The position numbers and the translations under genes are program-made. A stretch of DNA of 64,000 nucleotides from NCBI GenBank assembly GCA_965243205.1, contig CBDEUK010000002.1:2112001-2176000 (forward strand), in the 5' to 3' direction. Under the pieces are notes generated by a model that made no database searches, was not told where the DNA came from, and worked only from the letters and a program-made list of their open reading frames with translations. Positions 49,349 to 63,999 of this stretch are shown here, piece after piece (position 1 is the stretch's first letter; the number at the start of each line of letters is the position of its first letter). This stretch comes from Gammaproteobacteria bacterium (GTDB taxonomy: Bacteria > Pseudomonadota > Gammaproteobacteria > Eutrophobiales > Eutrophobiaceae).

Positions 49349-50224
49349 ATGGCAGCGAAAAAACGTGGCTTAGGCAAAGGTCTAGATGCATTATTAAGTC
49401 CTCGAACACTTAAGGATGTAGAAACAGCTCAACCAAACGATCAGCTCACGACACTTGCCGTTGATTTAATGCAACGTGGTCAGTATCAACCACGTAAAGA
49501 TATGGATAAAACCGCATTACAAGAGTTATCCGATTCCATTAAAGCTCAAGGTTTAATTCAACCTATTCTTGTAAGGCCAATTACTGGTAGTAAGCAAAAA
49601 TACGAAATCGTTGCAGGAGAGCGTCGTTGGCGTGCTTCGCAGATGGCGGGTTTGCATGAAGTGCCGGTAGTGATCCGCGAGATCGATGATCACTCAGCCA
49701 TGTGCATGGCATTGATCGAAAATATCCAGCGCGAGGATTTAAATCCCTTAGATGAAGCTGAGGCTCTATATCGATTAATTGAAGAGTTTGATATGACTCA
49801 TGAAGCTGTTGCCGAGTCAGTAGGCCGTTCGCGTTCTTCAGTTTCTAATTTATTACGCTTGCTTGAATTGGATACCAAAGTAAAAGCCCTGGTAAAAGAA
49901 CGTAAGTTAGAAATGGGACATGCTCGGGCGTTGCTTTCTTTGGCTAAAAATAAGCAGCAAGTGGTTGCCAACGAGATTGTTAAAAAAGGCTTATCGGTAA
50001 GAGCAACAGAGGCCTTGGTTCGATCCTATAGTGCCGAAAAGAAATCGGTTAAGCCAACAGTGAAAAGCAATAAAGATCCAAATATTAGCAATTTAGAGCA
50101 GGATTTATCCGAAAAGCTAGGCGCCAAAGTTGAGATTCAACACAGCAAAAAGGGATCGGGCCGATTATCCATTCAATATCACAGTCTAGATGCTCTAGAA
50201 GGCATCCTTGGTCACATAAAATAG
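49349..50224 (+). CDS. parB: Chromosome partitioning protein ParB (Spo0J)
   Basis: GLGKGLDALL, QPRK, AGERRWRA, ENIQREDL, HTH GRSRSSVSNLLRLL. Confidence 0.95.
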   Translation: MAAKKRGLGKGLDALLSPRTLKDVETAQPNDQLTTLAVDLMQRGQYQPRKDMDKTALQELSDSIKAQGLIQPILVRPITGSKQKYEIVAGERRWRASQMAGLHEVPVVIREIDDHSAMCMALIENIQREDLNPLDEAEALYRLIEEFDMTHEAVAESVGRSRSSVSNLLRLLELDTKVKALVKERKLEMGHARALLSLAKNKQQVVANEIVKKGLSVRATEALVRSYSAEKKSVKPTVKSNKDPNISNLEQDLSEKLGAKVEIQHSKKGSGRLSIQYHSLDALEGILGHIK

Positions 50225-50255
50225 TTTTAATTCATTATATTTTGTCCCTGAAGCA

Positions 50256-50284
50256 TTGATCACTCCTGAAATGGCCTTTATACT
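50256..50284 (+). promoter_or_regulatory. Sigma70 promoter of the atp operon
   Basis: TTGATC-N17-TATACT followed by GC-rich discriminator TCGCGCC. Confidence 0.7.
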
Positions 50285-50372
50285 TCGCGCCTGCACGAGC
50301 ATACTGGATAAGTAATCAGATACTTGGCAAAACTTAAACCTGAGTGGTTATAAACGCAACCCACTGAATAAA

Positions 50373-50762
50373 TTGCAAAAATCAGTACATAACAATAATA
50401 AAGCGGTTGCGTATAAAGGTTTGCAGGTCCTGTTGGTCATCTGCCTAGTCGTGGCACTGATGTTACTAATATTGTTCAGCAAAACAGAGGCATACTCTGC
50501 GTTATTGGGAGGAGTGGCTTATATTGTGCCGAATTACTGTTTCACTAGGTTCGCATTTCGATACTCAAGTGAAGATTCAGCGGCATTAGCCCTAAGATGG
50601 TTTTTTATTGGAGAAGCGATAAAACTTATCGTAACAGCCATCATCATCGCGTTATGTCTAATGTATGTTAAGCCTTTGCATGTTTTTGCATTTTTTGCAG
50701 TGTTCGTGCTGGCTATGATGATAAATTTGAAATTCTTACTTAAGAATATGACAGCATATTAA
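50373..50762 (+). CDS. atpI: ATP synthase protein I
   Basis: SALLGG...PN..F, GEAIKL, four hydrophobic helices; first gene of atp operon. Confidence 0.85.
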   Translation: MQKSVHNNNKAVAYKGLQVLLVICLVVALMLLILFSKTEAYSALLGGVAYIVPNYCFTRFAFRYSSEDSAALALRWFFIGEAIKLIVTAIIIALCLMYVKPLHVFAFFAVFVLAMMINLKFLLKNMTAY

Positions 50763-50786
50763 GTAAGGATAAAAAACAATAATTAA

Positions 50787-51725
<939 letters not shown>

Positions 51726-51747
51726 TTTTTAGTTTTTTGTTTATTAA

Positions 51748-52032
<285 letters not shown>

Positions 52033-52081
52033 GGTCAAACTTAAAAGTAATAGAAAGCCCATTTAATAACAGGTGATTTAA

Positions 52082-52552
52082 GTGAATTTTAATGCAACCT
52101 TAATAGGCCAATTAGTTACCTTCGCAATCTTCGTCTGGTTTACCATGAAGTTTGTTTGGCCGTTGTTATTGCAACAAATGCAAGATCGTGAAAAACGTAT
52201 TGCAGATGGTTTAGCAGCAGCGGACGAAGGCACTCAAAAATTGGCCGAAGCTGAAGTGAAACTTCATGACGCAATTGAAGAAGGTAAGCAACGTGCAGCT
52301 GAAATCATTGCCCAAGGACAAAAACGTGGTGATGAAATCATTGAAGAAGCTAAACAAACTGCTCGCGAAGAAGGCGAACGTTTAAAGGCGGCTGCTCTAG
52401 CTGAGATTGAACAGGAACGCACCAAAGTAAAAGAGGAATTAAAATCTCAAGTAGCGGCGTTAGCGTTATCTGGCGCTGAGCAAATCTTGATGCGTGAAGT
52501 TGATAAAAATGCCCACAATGATGTATTGGGCAAAATCAGTTCTGCCTTATAG
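52082..52552 (+). CDS. atpF: F0F1 ATP synthase subunit b
   Basis: NATLIGQ..F..FVWFTMKFVWP, IADGL coiled coil. Confidence 0.95.
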   Translation: MNFNATLIGQLVTFAIFVWFTMKFVWPLLLQQMQDREKRIADGLAAADEGTQKLAEAEVKLHDAIEEGKQRAAEIIAQGQKRGDEIIEEAKQTAREEGERLKAAALAEIEQERTKVKEELKSQVAALALSGAEQILMREVDKNAHNDVLGKISSAL

Positions 52553-52561
52553 GTCGATAGT

Positions 52562-53101
52562 ATGCAGGAGAATATTACTATCGCGAGACCTTATGCTGAA
52601 GCAGCATTAGACACAGCAAAAGAAGAATCGGCAATGGACGCATGGTCCAGTATGTTAGAGATCTTAAGTATGATTGCTAAAGACAAAGACATGCAAATGC
52701 TGATCAGTAACCCAAGAGTTGAATCAAGCGTTTTGCATGAGATTGTTACCGAGGTATGTGGTGACAAAGTTACGAGTAATTCATGCAAAAACTTTATTCA
52801 AATTTTGATTGAAGCTGGTCGTTTAGAACAGGCTCCAGAGATACAACAACTGTTTGAACTAGAGCGTGCTGCTCAAGAAGGTTCTGCCAAAGTTGAAGTT
52901 TTTTCTGCATTTCCATTAGAGCAAAATCAACAAGATGAAATTGCGAATGCTATGGAAAAACGCTTAGGTAAAAAAGTGGTTATCAATACAGAAATCGATG
53001 AGTCCTTGATTGGTGGTGTTGTCATCCGTACAGGCGATTCTGTGATTGATGCTTCCGTTAAAGGCAGATTGACATCTTTAACGAATGAGTTTGCAGAATA
53101 A
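52562..53101 (+). CDS. atpH: F0F1 ATP synthase subunit delta
   Basis: TIARPYA, LIGGVVIRTGDSVIDASV. Confidence 0.95.
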   Translation: MQENITIARPYAEAALDTAKEESAMDAWSSMLEILSMIAKDKDMQMLISNPRVESSVLHEIVTEVCGDKVTSNSCKNFIQILIEAGRLEQAPEIQQLFELERAAQEGSAKVEVFSAFPLEQNQQDEIANAMEKRLGKKVVINTEIDESLIGGVVIRTGDSVIDASVKGRLTSLTNEFAE

Positions 53102-53164
53102 ATAAGGTTTTTAATTTTAGTAATAACGTTGCAGTTATAAGTGAATTTTTAACGAGGAAATATC

Positions 53165-54706
53165 ATGTCCATCAGTGCAACAGAAATCAGTGATCTGATT
53201 AAGAAAAAAATCCAGAATTTAAATCTGGAAACCGATGCGCGTACCGAAGGTACTGTAGTCAGCTTGTCTGACGGTATCGCCCGTATCCATGGCTTAAGCG
53301 ATGTGATGCAAGGTGAGATGATCGAGTTCCCTGGCAATACCTATGGTCTTGCTTTGAACTTGGAACGAGACTCAGTCGGCGCGGTAATTTTAGGTTCTTA
53401 CGAGCACATCTCCGAAGGTGATGTCTGTAAATGTACTAAAAGAATTCTTGAAGTGCCTATTGGTGAAGAGTTATTAGGTCGTGTTGTTAACTCATTAGGG
53501 GCACCAATTGATGGTAAAGGTGACATCAATGCAAGTATGTCATCACCAATCGAAAAGATTGCGCCAGGGGTTATTGATCGTAAGTCGGTTGACCAACCTG
53601 TTCAAACAGGTTTGAAATCAATCGACTCAATGGTACCAATTGGCCGTGGTCAGCGTGAGTTAATCATTGGTGACCGTCAAACAGGTAAGACTGCTGTTGC
53701 GGTTGATACCATCATCAATCAAAAAGGTACAGGTGTTAAATGTATCTATGTTGCGATTGGTCAAAAAGCTTCATCGATTGCGACTGTCATTCGTAAGTTA
53801 GAAGAACATGGCGCGATGGAACATACCATCATCGTAGCGGCTTCTGCTTCTGACTCAGCAGCAATGCAATTTATTGCACCATATGCAGGTTGTACCATGG
53901 GTGAATATTTTCGTGACCGTGGTGAAGATGCATTAATTATTTATGATGATTTAACCAAACAAGCGTGGGCTTATCGTCAAGTATCATTATTATTAAAACG
54001 TCCACCGGGTCGTGAAGCGTATCCTGGTGATGTTTTCTATTTACATTCACGTTTGTTAGAACGTGCTTCTCGTGTAAATGAAAACTACGTTGAAAAATTC
54101 ACAGATGGAAAAGTTAAAGGCAAAACCGGTTCTTTAACCGCATTGCCGATTATTGAAACTCAAGCGGGTGACGTATCGGCTTTCGTACCAACCAACGTGA
54201 TCTCAATTACCGATGGCCAGATCTTCTTAGAAACTGATTTATTTAACTCGGGCTTCCGTCCTGCTATTAACGCGGGTCTATCTGTATCTCGTGTGGGTGG
54301 TGCAGCACAAACCAAGATCGTTAAGAAGCTTGGTGGTGGTGTACGTTTAGCCTTAGCGCAATATCGTGAATTAGCAGCGTTTGCTCAGTTTGCTTCTGAT
54401 TTAGATGATGCAACACGTAAGCAGTTAGAACGCGGCCAACGCGTTATGGAATTAATGAAACAGAAACAATATACGCCATTAAGTGTTGGTGAAATGGGTG
54501 TGACTTTGTTTGCTGTAGAACATGGTTATATCGATGATGTGGAATTAGAAAAAATCATTCCATTCGAAGAAGCATTACATAGCTATATGAATACTGAATA
54601 TTCTGATTTGATGAAAGATATCAATGAGTCTGGTAATTACTCAGATGAAATTGCAGATAGCATCAAAGCAGGTATCGAAAGCTTTAAAGCAAACGGTACT
54701 TGGTAA
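53165..54706 (+). CDS. atpA: F0F1 ATP synthase subunit alpha
   Basis: [30 protein letters not shown]. Confidence 0.98.
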   Translation: MSISATEISDLIKKKIQNLNLETDARTEGTVVSLSDGIARIHGLSDVMQGEMIEFPGNTYGLALNLERDSVGAVILGSYEHISEGDVCKCTKRILEVPIGEELLGRVVNSLGAPIDGKGDINASMSSPIEKIAPGVIDRKSVDQPVQTGLKSIDSMVPIGRGQRELIIGDRQTGKTAVAVDTIINQKGTGVKCIYVAIGQKASSIATVIRKLEEHGAMEHTIIVAASASDSAAMQFIAPYAGCTMGEYFRDRGEDALIIYDDLTKQAWAYRQVSLLLKRPPGREAYPGDVFYLHSRLLERASRVNENYVEKFTDGKVKGKTGSLTALPIIETQAGDVSAFVPTNVISITDGQIFLETDLFNSGFRPAINAGLSVSRVGGAAQTKIVKKLGGGVRLALAQYRELAAFAQFASDLDDATRKQLERGQRVMELMKQKQYTPLSVGEMGVTLFAVEHGYIDDVELEKIIPFEEALHSYMNTEYSDLMKDINESGNYSDEIADSIKAGIESFKANGTW

Positions 54707-54746
54707 TTCAGTATTCAGGTTAGACAACAGAAAGGTACAAAACTAA

Positions 54747-55610
54747 ATGGCTGTTGGAAAAGAGATACGAACCAAAATCGCTAGTGTAAAAAATACACAA
54801 AAAATTACCAAAGCGATGGAAATGGTTGCTGCGAGTAAAATGCGTAAAGCGCAGGATAGAATGGATGCTGCACGTCCGTATGCAAAAGGTATTCGTAACG
54901 TGATGGCTCACCTTGCTCACGCAAATCCTGAGTATAAGCATGAGTTTTTAATTCCTCGCGAACAAGTTAAACGAGTCGGCTTATTAATCATCTCAACCGA
55001 TCGTGGTTTATGTGGTGGATTAAACTCAAATCTATTCAGAGCAACCTTAGGACGCATGCGTCAATGGGATGAAGCGGGTGTTGAGTTTGATATTTGTTTA
55101 GTCGGTGCTAAAGCCGCTGGTTTCTTCAACAGCATTGGTGCAAAAGTGACTGCTCAAGTAACCCATCTTGGTGACCAACCAGCACTAGAAGATCTTTTGG
55201 GTAATATTAATTTATTACTTGATTCATATAAGGCTGGTGATATTGATGAGATTTATCTGATCAGTAATGAATTTGAGAACTCTATGACGCAAACTCCAAC
55301 AGTTGAGCAACTGGTTCCTATTAAACCTGTTGAAAGCGATGAATATAAACATCACTGGGATTATATCTATGAGCCTGATGCGAAAGAAGTTTTAGATGTA
55401 TTGCTTCAACGCTACATTGAGTCTGTTGTGTATCAAGCTGTTGTTGAGAACATTGCTTGTGAACAATCAGCACGAATGGTTGCGATGAAGAGTGCGTCAG
55501 ACAACGCTGGTAAATTGATTGATGAATTACAATTAGTTTATAACAAAGCACGACAAGCGGCGATTACTCAAGAGCTATCAGAGATTGTCAGTGGTGCAGC
55601 AGCTGTTTAA
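54747..55610 (+). CDS. atpG: F0F1 ATP synthase subunit gamma
   Basis: [35 protein letters not shown]. Confidence 0.97.
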   Translation: MAVGKEIRTKIASVKNTQKITKAMEMVAASKMRKAQDRMDAARPYAKGIRNVMAHLAHANPEYKHEFLIPREQVKRVGLLIISTDRGLCGGLNSNLFRATLGRMRQWDEAGVEFDICLVGAKAAGFFNSIGAKVTAQVTHLGDQPALEDLLGNINLLLDSYKAGDIDEIYLISNEFENSMTQTPTVEQLVPIKPVESDEYKHHWDYIYEPDAKEVLDVLLQRYIESVVYQAVVENIACEQSARMVAMKSASDNAGKLIDELQLVYNKARQAAITQELSEIVSGAAAV

Positions 55611-55630
55611 TAAAGAATTTAACAAACTAG

Positions 55631-57064
<1,434 letters not shown>

Positions 57065-57078
57065 GCTAAGGCAGAATT

Positions 57079-57498
57079 ATGGCATCAACAATTCAAGTCG
57101 ACATCGTCAGTGCTGAAAAAGAAATCTTTTCAGGTGAAGCTGAAATGGTCTTTGCACCTGCTTCTCAAGGTGAAGTCGGTATAGCACCAGGACATACGCC
57201 ATTAGTTTCAGCGTTATCACCTGGAGAGGTTTTGGTTATATTACCGGGTGGTGATAAACAAGGTTTTTATGTTTCTGGTGGTATGTTAGAAATCCAACCG
57301 AATGTTGTCACGGTTTTATCTGATGCAGCAGAACATTCAGAAGATTTAGATGAAGCAGCTGTATTAAAAGCGAAAGAAGAAGCTGAAAAAGCTTTTAAAG
57401 ACAATGATGGAACCATTGATTACGCCAAGGTATCTCAGCAATTGGCTGAAGCATCAGCGAGGTATCAAGCCTTACAGAGACTCAAAGGTCGACGCTAA
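57079..57498 (+). CDS. atpC: F0F1 ATP synthase subunit epsilon
   Basis: DIVSAE..IFSG, GI.PGHTPL, VSGGMLEIQP. Confidence 0.95.
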   Translation: MASTIQVDIVSAEKEIFSGEAEMVFAPASQGEVGIAPGHTPLVSALSPGEVLVILPGGDKQGFYVSGGMLEIQPNVVTVLSDAAEHSEDLDEAAVLKAKEEAEKAFKDNDGTIDYAKVSQQLAEASARYQALQRLKGRR

Positions 57499-57504
57499 AA
57501 ACTT

Positions 57505-57533
57505 AAAAACGCCCTATCAGGGCGTTTTTTTTT
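57505..57533 (+). terminator. Intrinsic terminator of atp operon
   Basis: AAAAACGCCCT-ATC-AGGGCGTTTTTTTTT. Confidence 0.9.
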
Positions 57534-57625
57534 ATCTTGAAAATACAATGTATAGATAAAATTAAAAAACTTTGGCATATTCGAATCTCAGTTATCAAAA
57601 ACAAATATATTAATGGAGCCTATGC

Positions 57626-58996
57626 ATGGCTAATAATCTAAGTGTTGTTATTCTCGCAGCGGGTAAAGGGACGCGTATGTACTCTGCTTTACCAAAAGTC
57701 TTACACCAATTATCTGATAGATCGTTACTTGAACATGTTTATACAACGGTTCAAGAATTAGATCATAGAGATGTGTATGTAGTTTATGGTTTTGGTGGCG
57801 ATATTGTTCGTGAACATTGCAAAGACATGTTTGTTAACTGGTGTGAACAAGCTGAACAACTTGGAACAGGCCATGCGGTAGCACAAGCTACGCCAGATAT
57901 TCCTGATGAAGATGATGTTCTGATTCTATATGGCGATGTACCTCTAACATCAAAAGAAACATTACAAAAACTTGTAGCTGCAGGACAAAAATCTGGTTTT
58001 GGTTTGTTAACAGTAGATATGGGTAACCCAACGGGTTATGGAAGAATTGTCCGCAATGAACAAGGTAAAGTTACAAAAATTGTAGAACAGAAAGATGCAA
58101 ACGAAAGTGAATTAGCGATTACCGAAGTAAATACGGGAATGATGATGATTAACGGAGCTAGCTTAAAAAAATGGTTATCATCATTAAAGAATGACAATGC
58201 TCAAAGTGAATATTATTTAACGGATGTGATTGAGATGGCTGTTAATGATGGTATCGAAATTCTTACGGTACAGCCTGATTCGCCAATTGAAGTGAATGGA
58301 ATCAATAATCGTAGCCAATTAGCTGAAATGGAGCGCTACTATCAATTGATACAAGCACATAACTTATTGAGACAAGGTGTGACTTTACGTGATCCTGCAA
58401 GATTTGATTTAAGAGGTGATTTAACCATAGGACAAGATTGCGTTATAGATATCAATGTAATTATGGAAGGTAATGTGACGATTGGTAATGATGTCACAAT
58501 CGGAGCTAATTGCATTATTAAAAATGCGGTCATCGGTGATGAAGTTGAAATTAAACCTAACACTGTTATTGAAGATGCTGAAATTGGCGTGCAATCGACC
58601 ATTGGTCCATTTGCACGACTACGACCAGATACCAAACTTGCTGAACAAACGCATATTGGAAATTTTGTTGAAATTAAAAAGTCTTTTGTTGATAAAGGAT
58701 CAAAAGTAAATCATTTAAGCTATGTCGGTGATAGCGAAGTGGGTATGAATGTGAATGTTGGCGCTGGTACAATTACCTGCAACTACGATGGTGCTAACAA
58801 ACATAAAACGATTATTGGAGATAATGTTTTTGTTGGTTCAGATACGCAATTAGTTGCACCTGTAAAAGTTGGATCGGGTGCGACCATTGGCGCTGGTACT
58901 ACAGTTACTAAAGATATTGAACCGACTGATTTAGTAATCAGTCGTGTTGAACAAAAAGCTATTTCTGGTTGGAAACGTCCGCAAAAGAAAAAATAA
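57626..58996 (+). CDS. glmU: Bifunctional UDP-GlcNAc pyrophosphorylase / glucosamine-1-phosphate acetyltransferase
   Basis: [21 protein letters not shown], hexapeptide repeats, CNYDGANKH. Confidence 0.96.
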   Translation: MANNLSVVILAAGKGTRMYSALPKVLHQLSDRSLLEHVYTTVQELDHRDVYVVYGFGGDIVREHCKDMFVNWCEQAEQLGTGHAVAQATPDIPDEDDVLILYGDVPLTSKETLQKLVAAGQKSGFGLLTVDMGNPTGYGRIVRNEQGKVTKIVEQKDANESELAITEVNTGMMMINGASLKKWLSSLKNDNAQSEYYLTDVIEMAVNDGIEILTVQPDSPIEVNGINNRSQLAEMERYYQLIQAHNLLRQGVTLRDPARFDLRGDLTIGQDCVIDINVIMEGNVTIGNDVTIGANCIIKNAVIGDEVEIKPNTVIEDAEIGVQSTIGPFARLRPDTKLAEQTHIGNFVEIKKSFVDKGSKVNHLSYVGDSEVGMNVNVGAGTITCNYDGANKHKTIIGDNVFVGSDTQLVAPVKVGSGATIGAGTTVTKDIEPTDLVISRVEQKAISGWKRPQKKK

Positions 58997-59785
58997 ATGA
59001 AAGTTGGTTATTATCAATATAGACCTTTATTTAGTAAGGTCAAAAAAAATTTAAATAAAGTAATAAAAGCGCTTGATGGAGCTGATGCTGATTTGCTCGT
59101 GTTACCTGAGTTGGCCTTTAGTGGTTATTACTTTCAATCGAAAGATGAATTGGCTTCATTATCAGAAGATGTAAATGACTCAATCATTATTGATGAGTTA
59201 TCAAAGCTTTGCAACAAGAATAATTACTACATTGTTAGTGGTTTTACTGAGAAGTCAGGTAATGAATGTTATAACAGTTCAGTCTTAATAGGACCTCAAG
59301 GTTTAATTCATACGTATCGGAAATTACATCTTTTCAATGAAGAAAAAAATTATTTTACTGAAGGAGATACGCCTTTAGTAGTACATGATATTAATGGAAT
59401 TAAAATCGGTATGATGGTGTGTTTTGATTGGGCCTTTCCTGAAGTAACACGTACTTTAGCTTTAATGGATGTTGATATTATTTGTCATCCATCTAATTTG
59501 GTCTTAACGTTTTGCCAGCAAACAATGTTAAGTCGTTGTTTAGAAAATCGAGTATTTGCAATCACAGCGAATCGTTATGGTGCTGATAAACGTCCTCAAG
59601 GCGAATTAAAATTTACTGGTAATAGTCAAATTGTTGCTCCAGGGGGCGAGTTACTGCATCGTGGACCATCACAACGTGATGAATTATATATAATTGATAT
59701 TGATCCTAAGCTTGCCAGGCAAAAAAATATTACCAAATTAAACGACCTTTTAACCGATCGTCGTCCCGAATATTACAAATTATAA
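58997..59785 (+). CDS. Nitrilase / carbon-nitrogen hydrolase family protein
   Basis: Glu-Lys-Cys triad motifs LPEL, YRKLHLF, VCFDWAFPE. Confidence 0.88.
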   Translation: MKVGYYQYRPLFSKVKKNLNKVIKALDGADADLLVLPELAFSGYYFQSKDELASLSEDVNDSIIIDELSKLCNKNNYYIVSGFTEKSGNECYNSSVLIGPQGLIHTYRKLHLFNEEKNYFTEGDTPLVVHDINGIKIGMMVCFDWAFPEVTRTLALMDVDIICHPSNLVLTFCQQTMLSRCLENRVFAITANRYGADKRPQGELKFTGNSQIVAPGGELLHRGPSQRDELYIIDIDPKLARQKNITKLNDLLTDRRPEYYKL

Positions 59786-59800
59786 CCCGTAGGAGATAAA

Positions 59801-60280
59801 ATGACTTTTGCTACAGCCGATCTATATGATGAGCATGAAGAACAATTACAAGTTGCTTTACCATTATTCAACAATTACGGTGGAAAAGATAAGTTTTATG
59901 GTGAAATAGTCACTATAAAATGCCATGAAGATAATACATTTGTGCGCAGTTTATTAGAGCAAGATGGTTCGGGAAAAGTTATGGTGGTTGATGGTGGAGA
60001 ATCAATGCGATGCGCATTAGTAGGAGACAATCTTGCAGAGTTAGGTAAGAAAAATAATTGGCAGGGAATTATTGTATCTGGGTGTATTCGAGATTCTGCT
60101 GTTATTAAAAATATTGATATCGGTTTAAAGGCTATGGGAACCAATCCTCGCAAAAGCATCAAGAAAGAACGTGGAGATTTAGATATGAGCGTAACTTTTG
60201 CAGGGGTGACGTTTACTTCTGGTCACTATGTCTATTGTGATGAAGATGGCATAGTCGTTTCTGCTAAAGCCTTAATTTAA
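59801..60280 (+). CDS. rraA: RraA family protein (RNase E regulator / HMG aldolase-like)
   Basis: TADLYD, EDNT.V, VVDGG.S.RCALVGD, GCIRD, DEDG. Confidence 0.88.
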   Translation: MTFATADLYDEHEEQLQVALPLFNNYGGKDKFYGEIVTIKCHEDNTFVRSLLEQDGSGKVMVVDGGESMRCALVGDNLAELGKKNNWQGIIVSGCIRDSAVIKNIDIGLKAMGTNPRKSIKKERGDLDMSVTFAGVTFTSGHYVYCDEDGIVVSAKALI

Positions 60281-60293
60281 ACTATATACCTAC

Positions 60294-61133
60294 ATGATTA
60301 TCTATTACCCGATCGCAATATATCTTGCGTATCGGGTATATTATTTTTCTTCTCAAGCAAACTTACATTATCAAACTTCGATTTCATATTTAAATTTTTC
60401 TAGTCAGTCAGAATTAGCGTGGAAGTCATTTTTAGAAGCGTTGTCATTAAATCTATATGATGGTGCTTCTGAAATCAGAGATAATATTATAATTTCCTCT
60501 GAGCAAGCAGTATCAGCTTTAAATAACGCAACTAATTATTCAATTGTATTTACTATATTAAGTTTTTTGTATTTTATTTATTTAATCTTTATAAAAAAAA
60601 CTACTAAGAATCAGATAATCATTCATAGTATTTTTTTAGCTTTTATATGTCTTGTGGTTGGAATATCTTCAACGATGTTGAACTTAATAGCTTTTAGGGA
60701 TTTGCCAGTTATAGGAATGGTTGTTTTAAAATTTGAATCTAAAACAGTTTTTACAGTATTAGAGACGTTTTGGCTGCATAGTAAATATTTCGTATTTACA
60801 TTGATACTATTGTTTAGTGTTATTGTTCCGATAATAAAATTGAGTTTATCATTTCTAATTGCATTAAATGTGAAAAGTAAGAATACAAGTAAATTCACAT
60901 CTTTTTTGAACGCAATTGGAAAATGGTCAATGACTGATGTATTTGTTGTTTCTATTTTATTAGCATTTTTTTCGATGAATATCGATGAATCAACTGATGC
61001 ATGGTTAGGGCATGGTTTGTATTTTTTTGCAATTTATTCAATTTTATCAATAATAATAGGCCAGTTAATCAATAATATACATAGCTTATCCGTTGACGAG
61101 GTTAAGGAGATTAAAGATGAAACAAAAACTTGA
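60294..61133 (+). CDS. Paraquat-inducible protein A (PqiA)-domain membrane protein
   Basis: LFSVIVPIIKL...IGKWSMTDVFVV...GLYFF PqiA-like motifs in the C-terminal half; very AT-rich. Confidence 0.72.
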   Translation: MIIYYPIAIYLAYRVYYFSSQANLHYQTSISYLNFSSQSELAWKSFLEALSLNLYDGASEIRDNIIISSEQAVSALNNATNYSIVFTILSFLYFIYLIFIKKTTKNQIIIHSIFLAFICLVVGISSTMLNLIAFRDLPVIGMVVLKFESKTVFTVLETFWLHSKYFVFTLILLFSVIVPIIKLSLSFLIALNVKSKNTSKFTSFLNAIGKWSMTDVFVVSILLAFFSMNIDESTDAWLGHGLYFFAIYSILSIIIGQLINNIHSLSVDEVKEIKDETKT

Positions 61134-61425
61134 ACAAATATATCAAGATCCAGAGTTTCAGAATTTAGTTAAGAGAAAAAGCCGTTTTAGTTGGTTGTTA
61201 GCTATTTTTGTAATGGGTCTCTATTTCAGTTTCATTTTAGTGGTTGCGTTTTCTCCAGAAACATTTGCAATAAAAATCTCTGAAAGTTCTGTTGTAAGCA
61301 TTGGTATACCTATCGGTGTATTAGTGATTGTAGCTAGTTTTATATTGACAGGTATCTATGTCTATAGAGCAAATAAAGAGTTTGATAAGGCCAATCAAAT
61401 TTTAATAAATAAATACCAAGAATAG
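61117..61425 (+). CDS. DUF485 (YjcH-like) membrane protein, ActP partner
   Basis: [24 protein letters not shown]; AAGGAG before ATG 61117; directly upstream of actP. Confidence 0.88.
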   Translation: MKQKLEQIYQDPEFQNLVKRKSRFSWLLAIFVMGLYFSFILVVAFSPETFAIKISESSVVSIGIPIGVLVIVASFILTGIYVYRANKEFDKANQILINKYQE

Positions 61426-61435
61426 GCAATCAATA

Positions 61436-63097
61436 ATGCTAAATAAATCTTTTGGAATTTTTTTACTGGCTATTTCTTTTGTTAATAACTGTTTCGCGGA
61501 TGCTTTAACAGGTGATGTAGAAAAACAAAATATTAATATCACTGCAATAACTTTATTTTTAATGTTTGTGGCAGCAACATTATTTATTACTTATTGGGCG
61601 GCAAGAAAAACTAAAACAACAAAAGATTTTTATGCCGCAGGAGGTGGGATCACTGGTTTCCAAAATGGCTTAGCCATTGCTGGAGACTTCATGTCTGCAG
61701 CATCTTTTTTAGGCATATCAGGTTTAGTATTTTCTACAGGTTTTGATGGCTTACTGTATTCGATTGGTTTTCTTGTTGGTTGGCCAATTATTTTATTTTT
61801 ATTAGCAGAGCGTTTGCGTAATCTTGGTAAATATACATTTGCCGATGCAGTAACGTTTCGCTTGAGTCCGTTACCGATAAGAAGTTTAGCTGCCAGCGGC
61901 ACTTTGGCAGTTGTTCTGTTGTATCTAATTGCACAGATGGTTGGCGCTGGTAAATTAATACAATTGTTATTTGGGCTTGAATACTATGCTGCGGTGATCA
62001 TTGTTGGGGTACTCATGATTTTATATGTGACTTTTGGCGGTATGCTTGCGACTACATGGGTACAAATTATTAAAGCAGTATTATTATTGTTTGGTGCTAG
62101 TTTTATGGCGTTTATGGTAATGGCTAAAATGGATTTTTCTTTTGAAACCTTATTCAACTCTGCTATTGAAGCACATACAAAAGGTATTGCTATTATGTCA
62201 CCTGGTGGTTTAGTGTCTGATCCTGTGTCTGCTATTTCTTTAGGTTTAGCGTTAATGTTTGGAACTGCAGGTTTACCACATATCTTAATGCGTTTCTTTA
62301 CCGTTCCAGATGCAAAAGAAGCCAGAAAATCTGTTTTTTATGCAACTGGTTTTATAGGTTATTTTTATATTCTTACATTTATTATTGGCTTTGGAGCGAT
62401 CGTTTTATTATTAGCTAATCCACAATTTCTTGAACCTGGAACATCTAAGATTGTTGGTGGTAATAACATGGCTGCGATACATCTAGCACAAGCTGTAGGT
62501 GGCGATATGTTTTTAGGTTTTATTTCAGCCGTTGCATTTGCAACGATTTTAGCCGTTGTTTCAGGCCTAACCTTATCAGGCGCTTCTGCTATTTCACATG
62601 ATCTTTATGCAAGTGTTATTCGTTCGGGTAAAGCGAATGAAACTGAAGAAGTAAAAGTTTCTAGGATAGCCACAATCTGTTTAGGAATACTTGCGATCTT
62701 ATTGGGCATTATTTTTGAGAAACAAAATGTTGCCTATATGGTTGGGTTAGCATTCGCAATTGCAGCCAGTGTTAACTTCCCAATTTTATTTTTATCTATG
62801 TATTGGCAAAAACTTACTACTAGTGGCGCATTTATTGGGGGTTCGGTTGGTTTATTCACGGCAATCATTTGCATGATCCTTGGGCCCACTATATGGGTGG
62901 ATACACTGGGAAATGATACGGCTATTTTTCCTTATAAGCATCCGGCTTTGTTTTCTATGACTGCAGCGTTTGTCGTTATATTTATAGTATCTTTATTAGA
63001 TAACAGCGAACGAGCAAAAAAAGAATCAGCTGATTTTATTCCTAAGTTTGTACGTTCACAGACAGGATTAGGCGCTGAAGGTGCTAGTAATCACTAA
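61436..63097 (+). CDS. actP: Cation/acetate symporter ActP
   Basis: [56 protein letters not shown]. Confidence 0.93.
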   Translation: MLNKSFGIFLLAISFVNNCFADALTGDVEKQNINITAITLFLMFVAATLFITYWAARKTKTTKDFYAAGGGITGFQNGLAIAGDFMSAASFLGISGLVFSTGFDGLLYSIGFLVGWPIILFLLAERLRNLGKYTFADAVTFRLSPLPIRSLAASGTLAVVLLYLIAQMVGAGKLIQLLFGLEYYAAVIIVGVLMILYVTFGGMLATTWVQIIKAVLLLFGASFMAFMVMAKMDFSFETLFNSAIEAHTKGIAIMSPGGLVSDPVSAISLGLALMFGTAGLPHILMRFFTVPDAKEARKSVFYATGFIGYFYILTFIIGFGAIVLLLANPQFLEPGTSKIVGGNNMAAIHLAQAVGGDMFLGFISAVAFATILAVVSGLTLSGASAISHDLYASVIRSGKANETEEVKVSRIATICLGILAILLGIIFEKQNVAYMVGLAFAIAASVNFPILFLSMYWQKLTTSGAFIGGSVGLFTAIICMILGPTIWVDTLGNDTAIFPYKHPALFSMTAAFVVIFIVSLLDNSERAKKESADFIPKFVRSQTGLGAEGASNH

Positions 63098-63102
63098 ACT
63101 AA

Positions 63103-63999
63103 TTACAGTTGTTTCATTACAGTTTCAGCCGCCGCTATAGTTTTCGCTATATCATCATCGTTATGTGCTGAAGAAACAAAACCTGCTTCAAATGATGATG
63201 GCGCTAAATAAACGCCTTGTTCTAACATGCCGTGGAAGAAACGATTAAATTTATCACCATCACAATTCATAACTTGAGCAAATTGTTCAACCTTAGATTC
63301 TTCTGAGAAAAATAAACCAAACATGCCGCCAACTTGATTGCTGGTAAAAGGAATAGATAGTTTATCAGCAACATTTTGAATTCCAGAAACAAATCCTTGG
63401 GTCTTTTCTGCAAGTGTTTCGAAGAAGTTTGTTTCGCTGATTAATTTTAAAGTTGTTAACCCCGCAGCCATAGCGACAGGATTACCAGATAAAGTACCTG
63501 CTTGATAGACTGGGCCATCAGGTGCAATGTGATCCATAATATTTGATTTGCCACCAAATGCACCAACAGGCATACCGCCGCCAATGACTTTACCTAAAAC
63601 GGTTAAATCAGGTTCGATATTATAGATTGATTGTGCTCCGCCTAGCGCCACACGAAAACCGCTCATCACTTCATCAAAGATTAAAACTGAACCATGGCCT
63701 GAACATTGTTCTCGAAGTGTTGATAAAAACTCGTCTGTACCAGGGACACAGTTCATATTGCCTGCAATCGGCTCAACAATGATAGCTGCGATATCACTAC
63801 CAATCTCATCCATTACTTGTTTAACTTGTTCAGGATTATTATATGAAAGTGTTATCGTATGTTGGGCCAAGTCAGCAGGTACACCAGGTGAAGTGGGTAC
63901 GCCAAGCGTTAGGGCACCAGAGCCTGCTTTGACAAGTAATGAATCTGCATGACCGTGATAACAACCTTCAAACTTTATGATTTTATCGCGACCTGTGAA
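63103..63999 (-). CDS. hemL: Glutamate-1-semialdehyde 2,1-aminomutase, 5' end outside window
   Basis: Frame stays open to window end ([22 protein letters not shown]...); [31 protein letters not shown]; ORF-track start 63870 is internal. Confidence 0.95.
   Translation of the reverse strand, partial: FTGRDKIIKFEGCYHGHADSLLVKAGSGALTLGVPTSPGVPADLAQHTITLSYNNPEQVKQVMDEIGSDIAAIIVEPIAGNMNCVPGTDEFLSTLREQCSGHGSVLIFDEVMSGFRVALGGAQSIYNIEPDLTVLGKVIGGGMPVGAFGGKSNIMDHIAPDGPVYQAGTLSGNPVAMAAGLTTLKLISETNFFETLAEKTQGFVSGIQNVADKLSIPFTSNQVGGMFGLFFSEESKVEQFAQVMNCDGDKFNRFFHGMLEQGVYLAPSSFEAGFVSSAHNDDDIAKTIAAAETVMKQL

Noticed and set aside
63103-63870. hemL appearing N-terminally truncated (pseudogene)
   Set aside because: The frame stays open to the window edge; truncation is a window artefact
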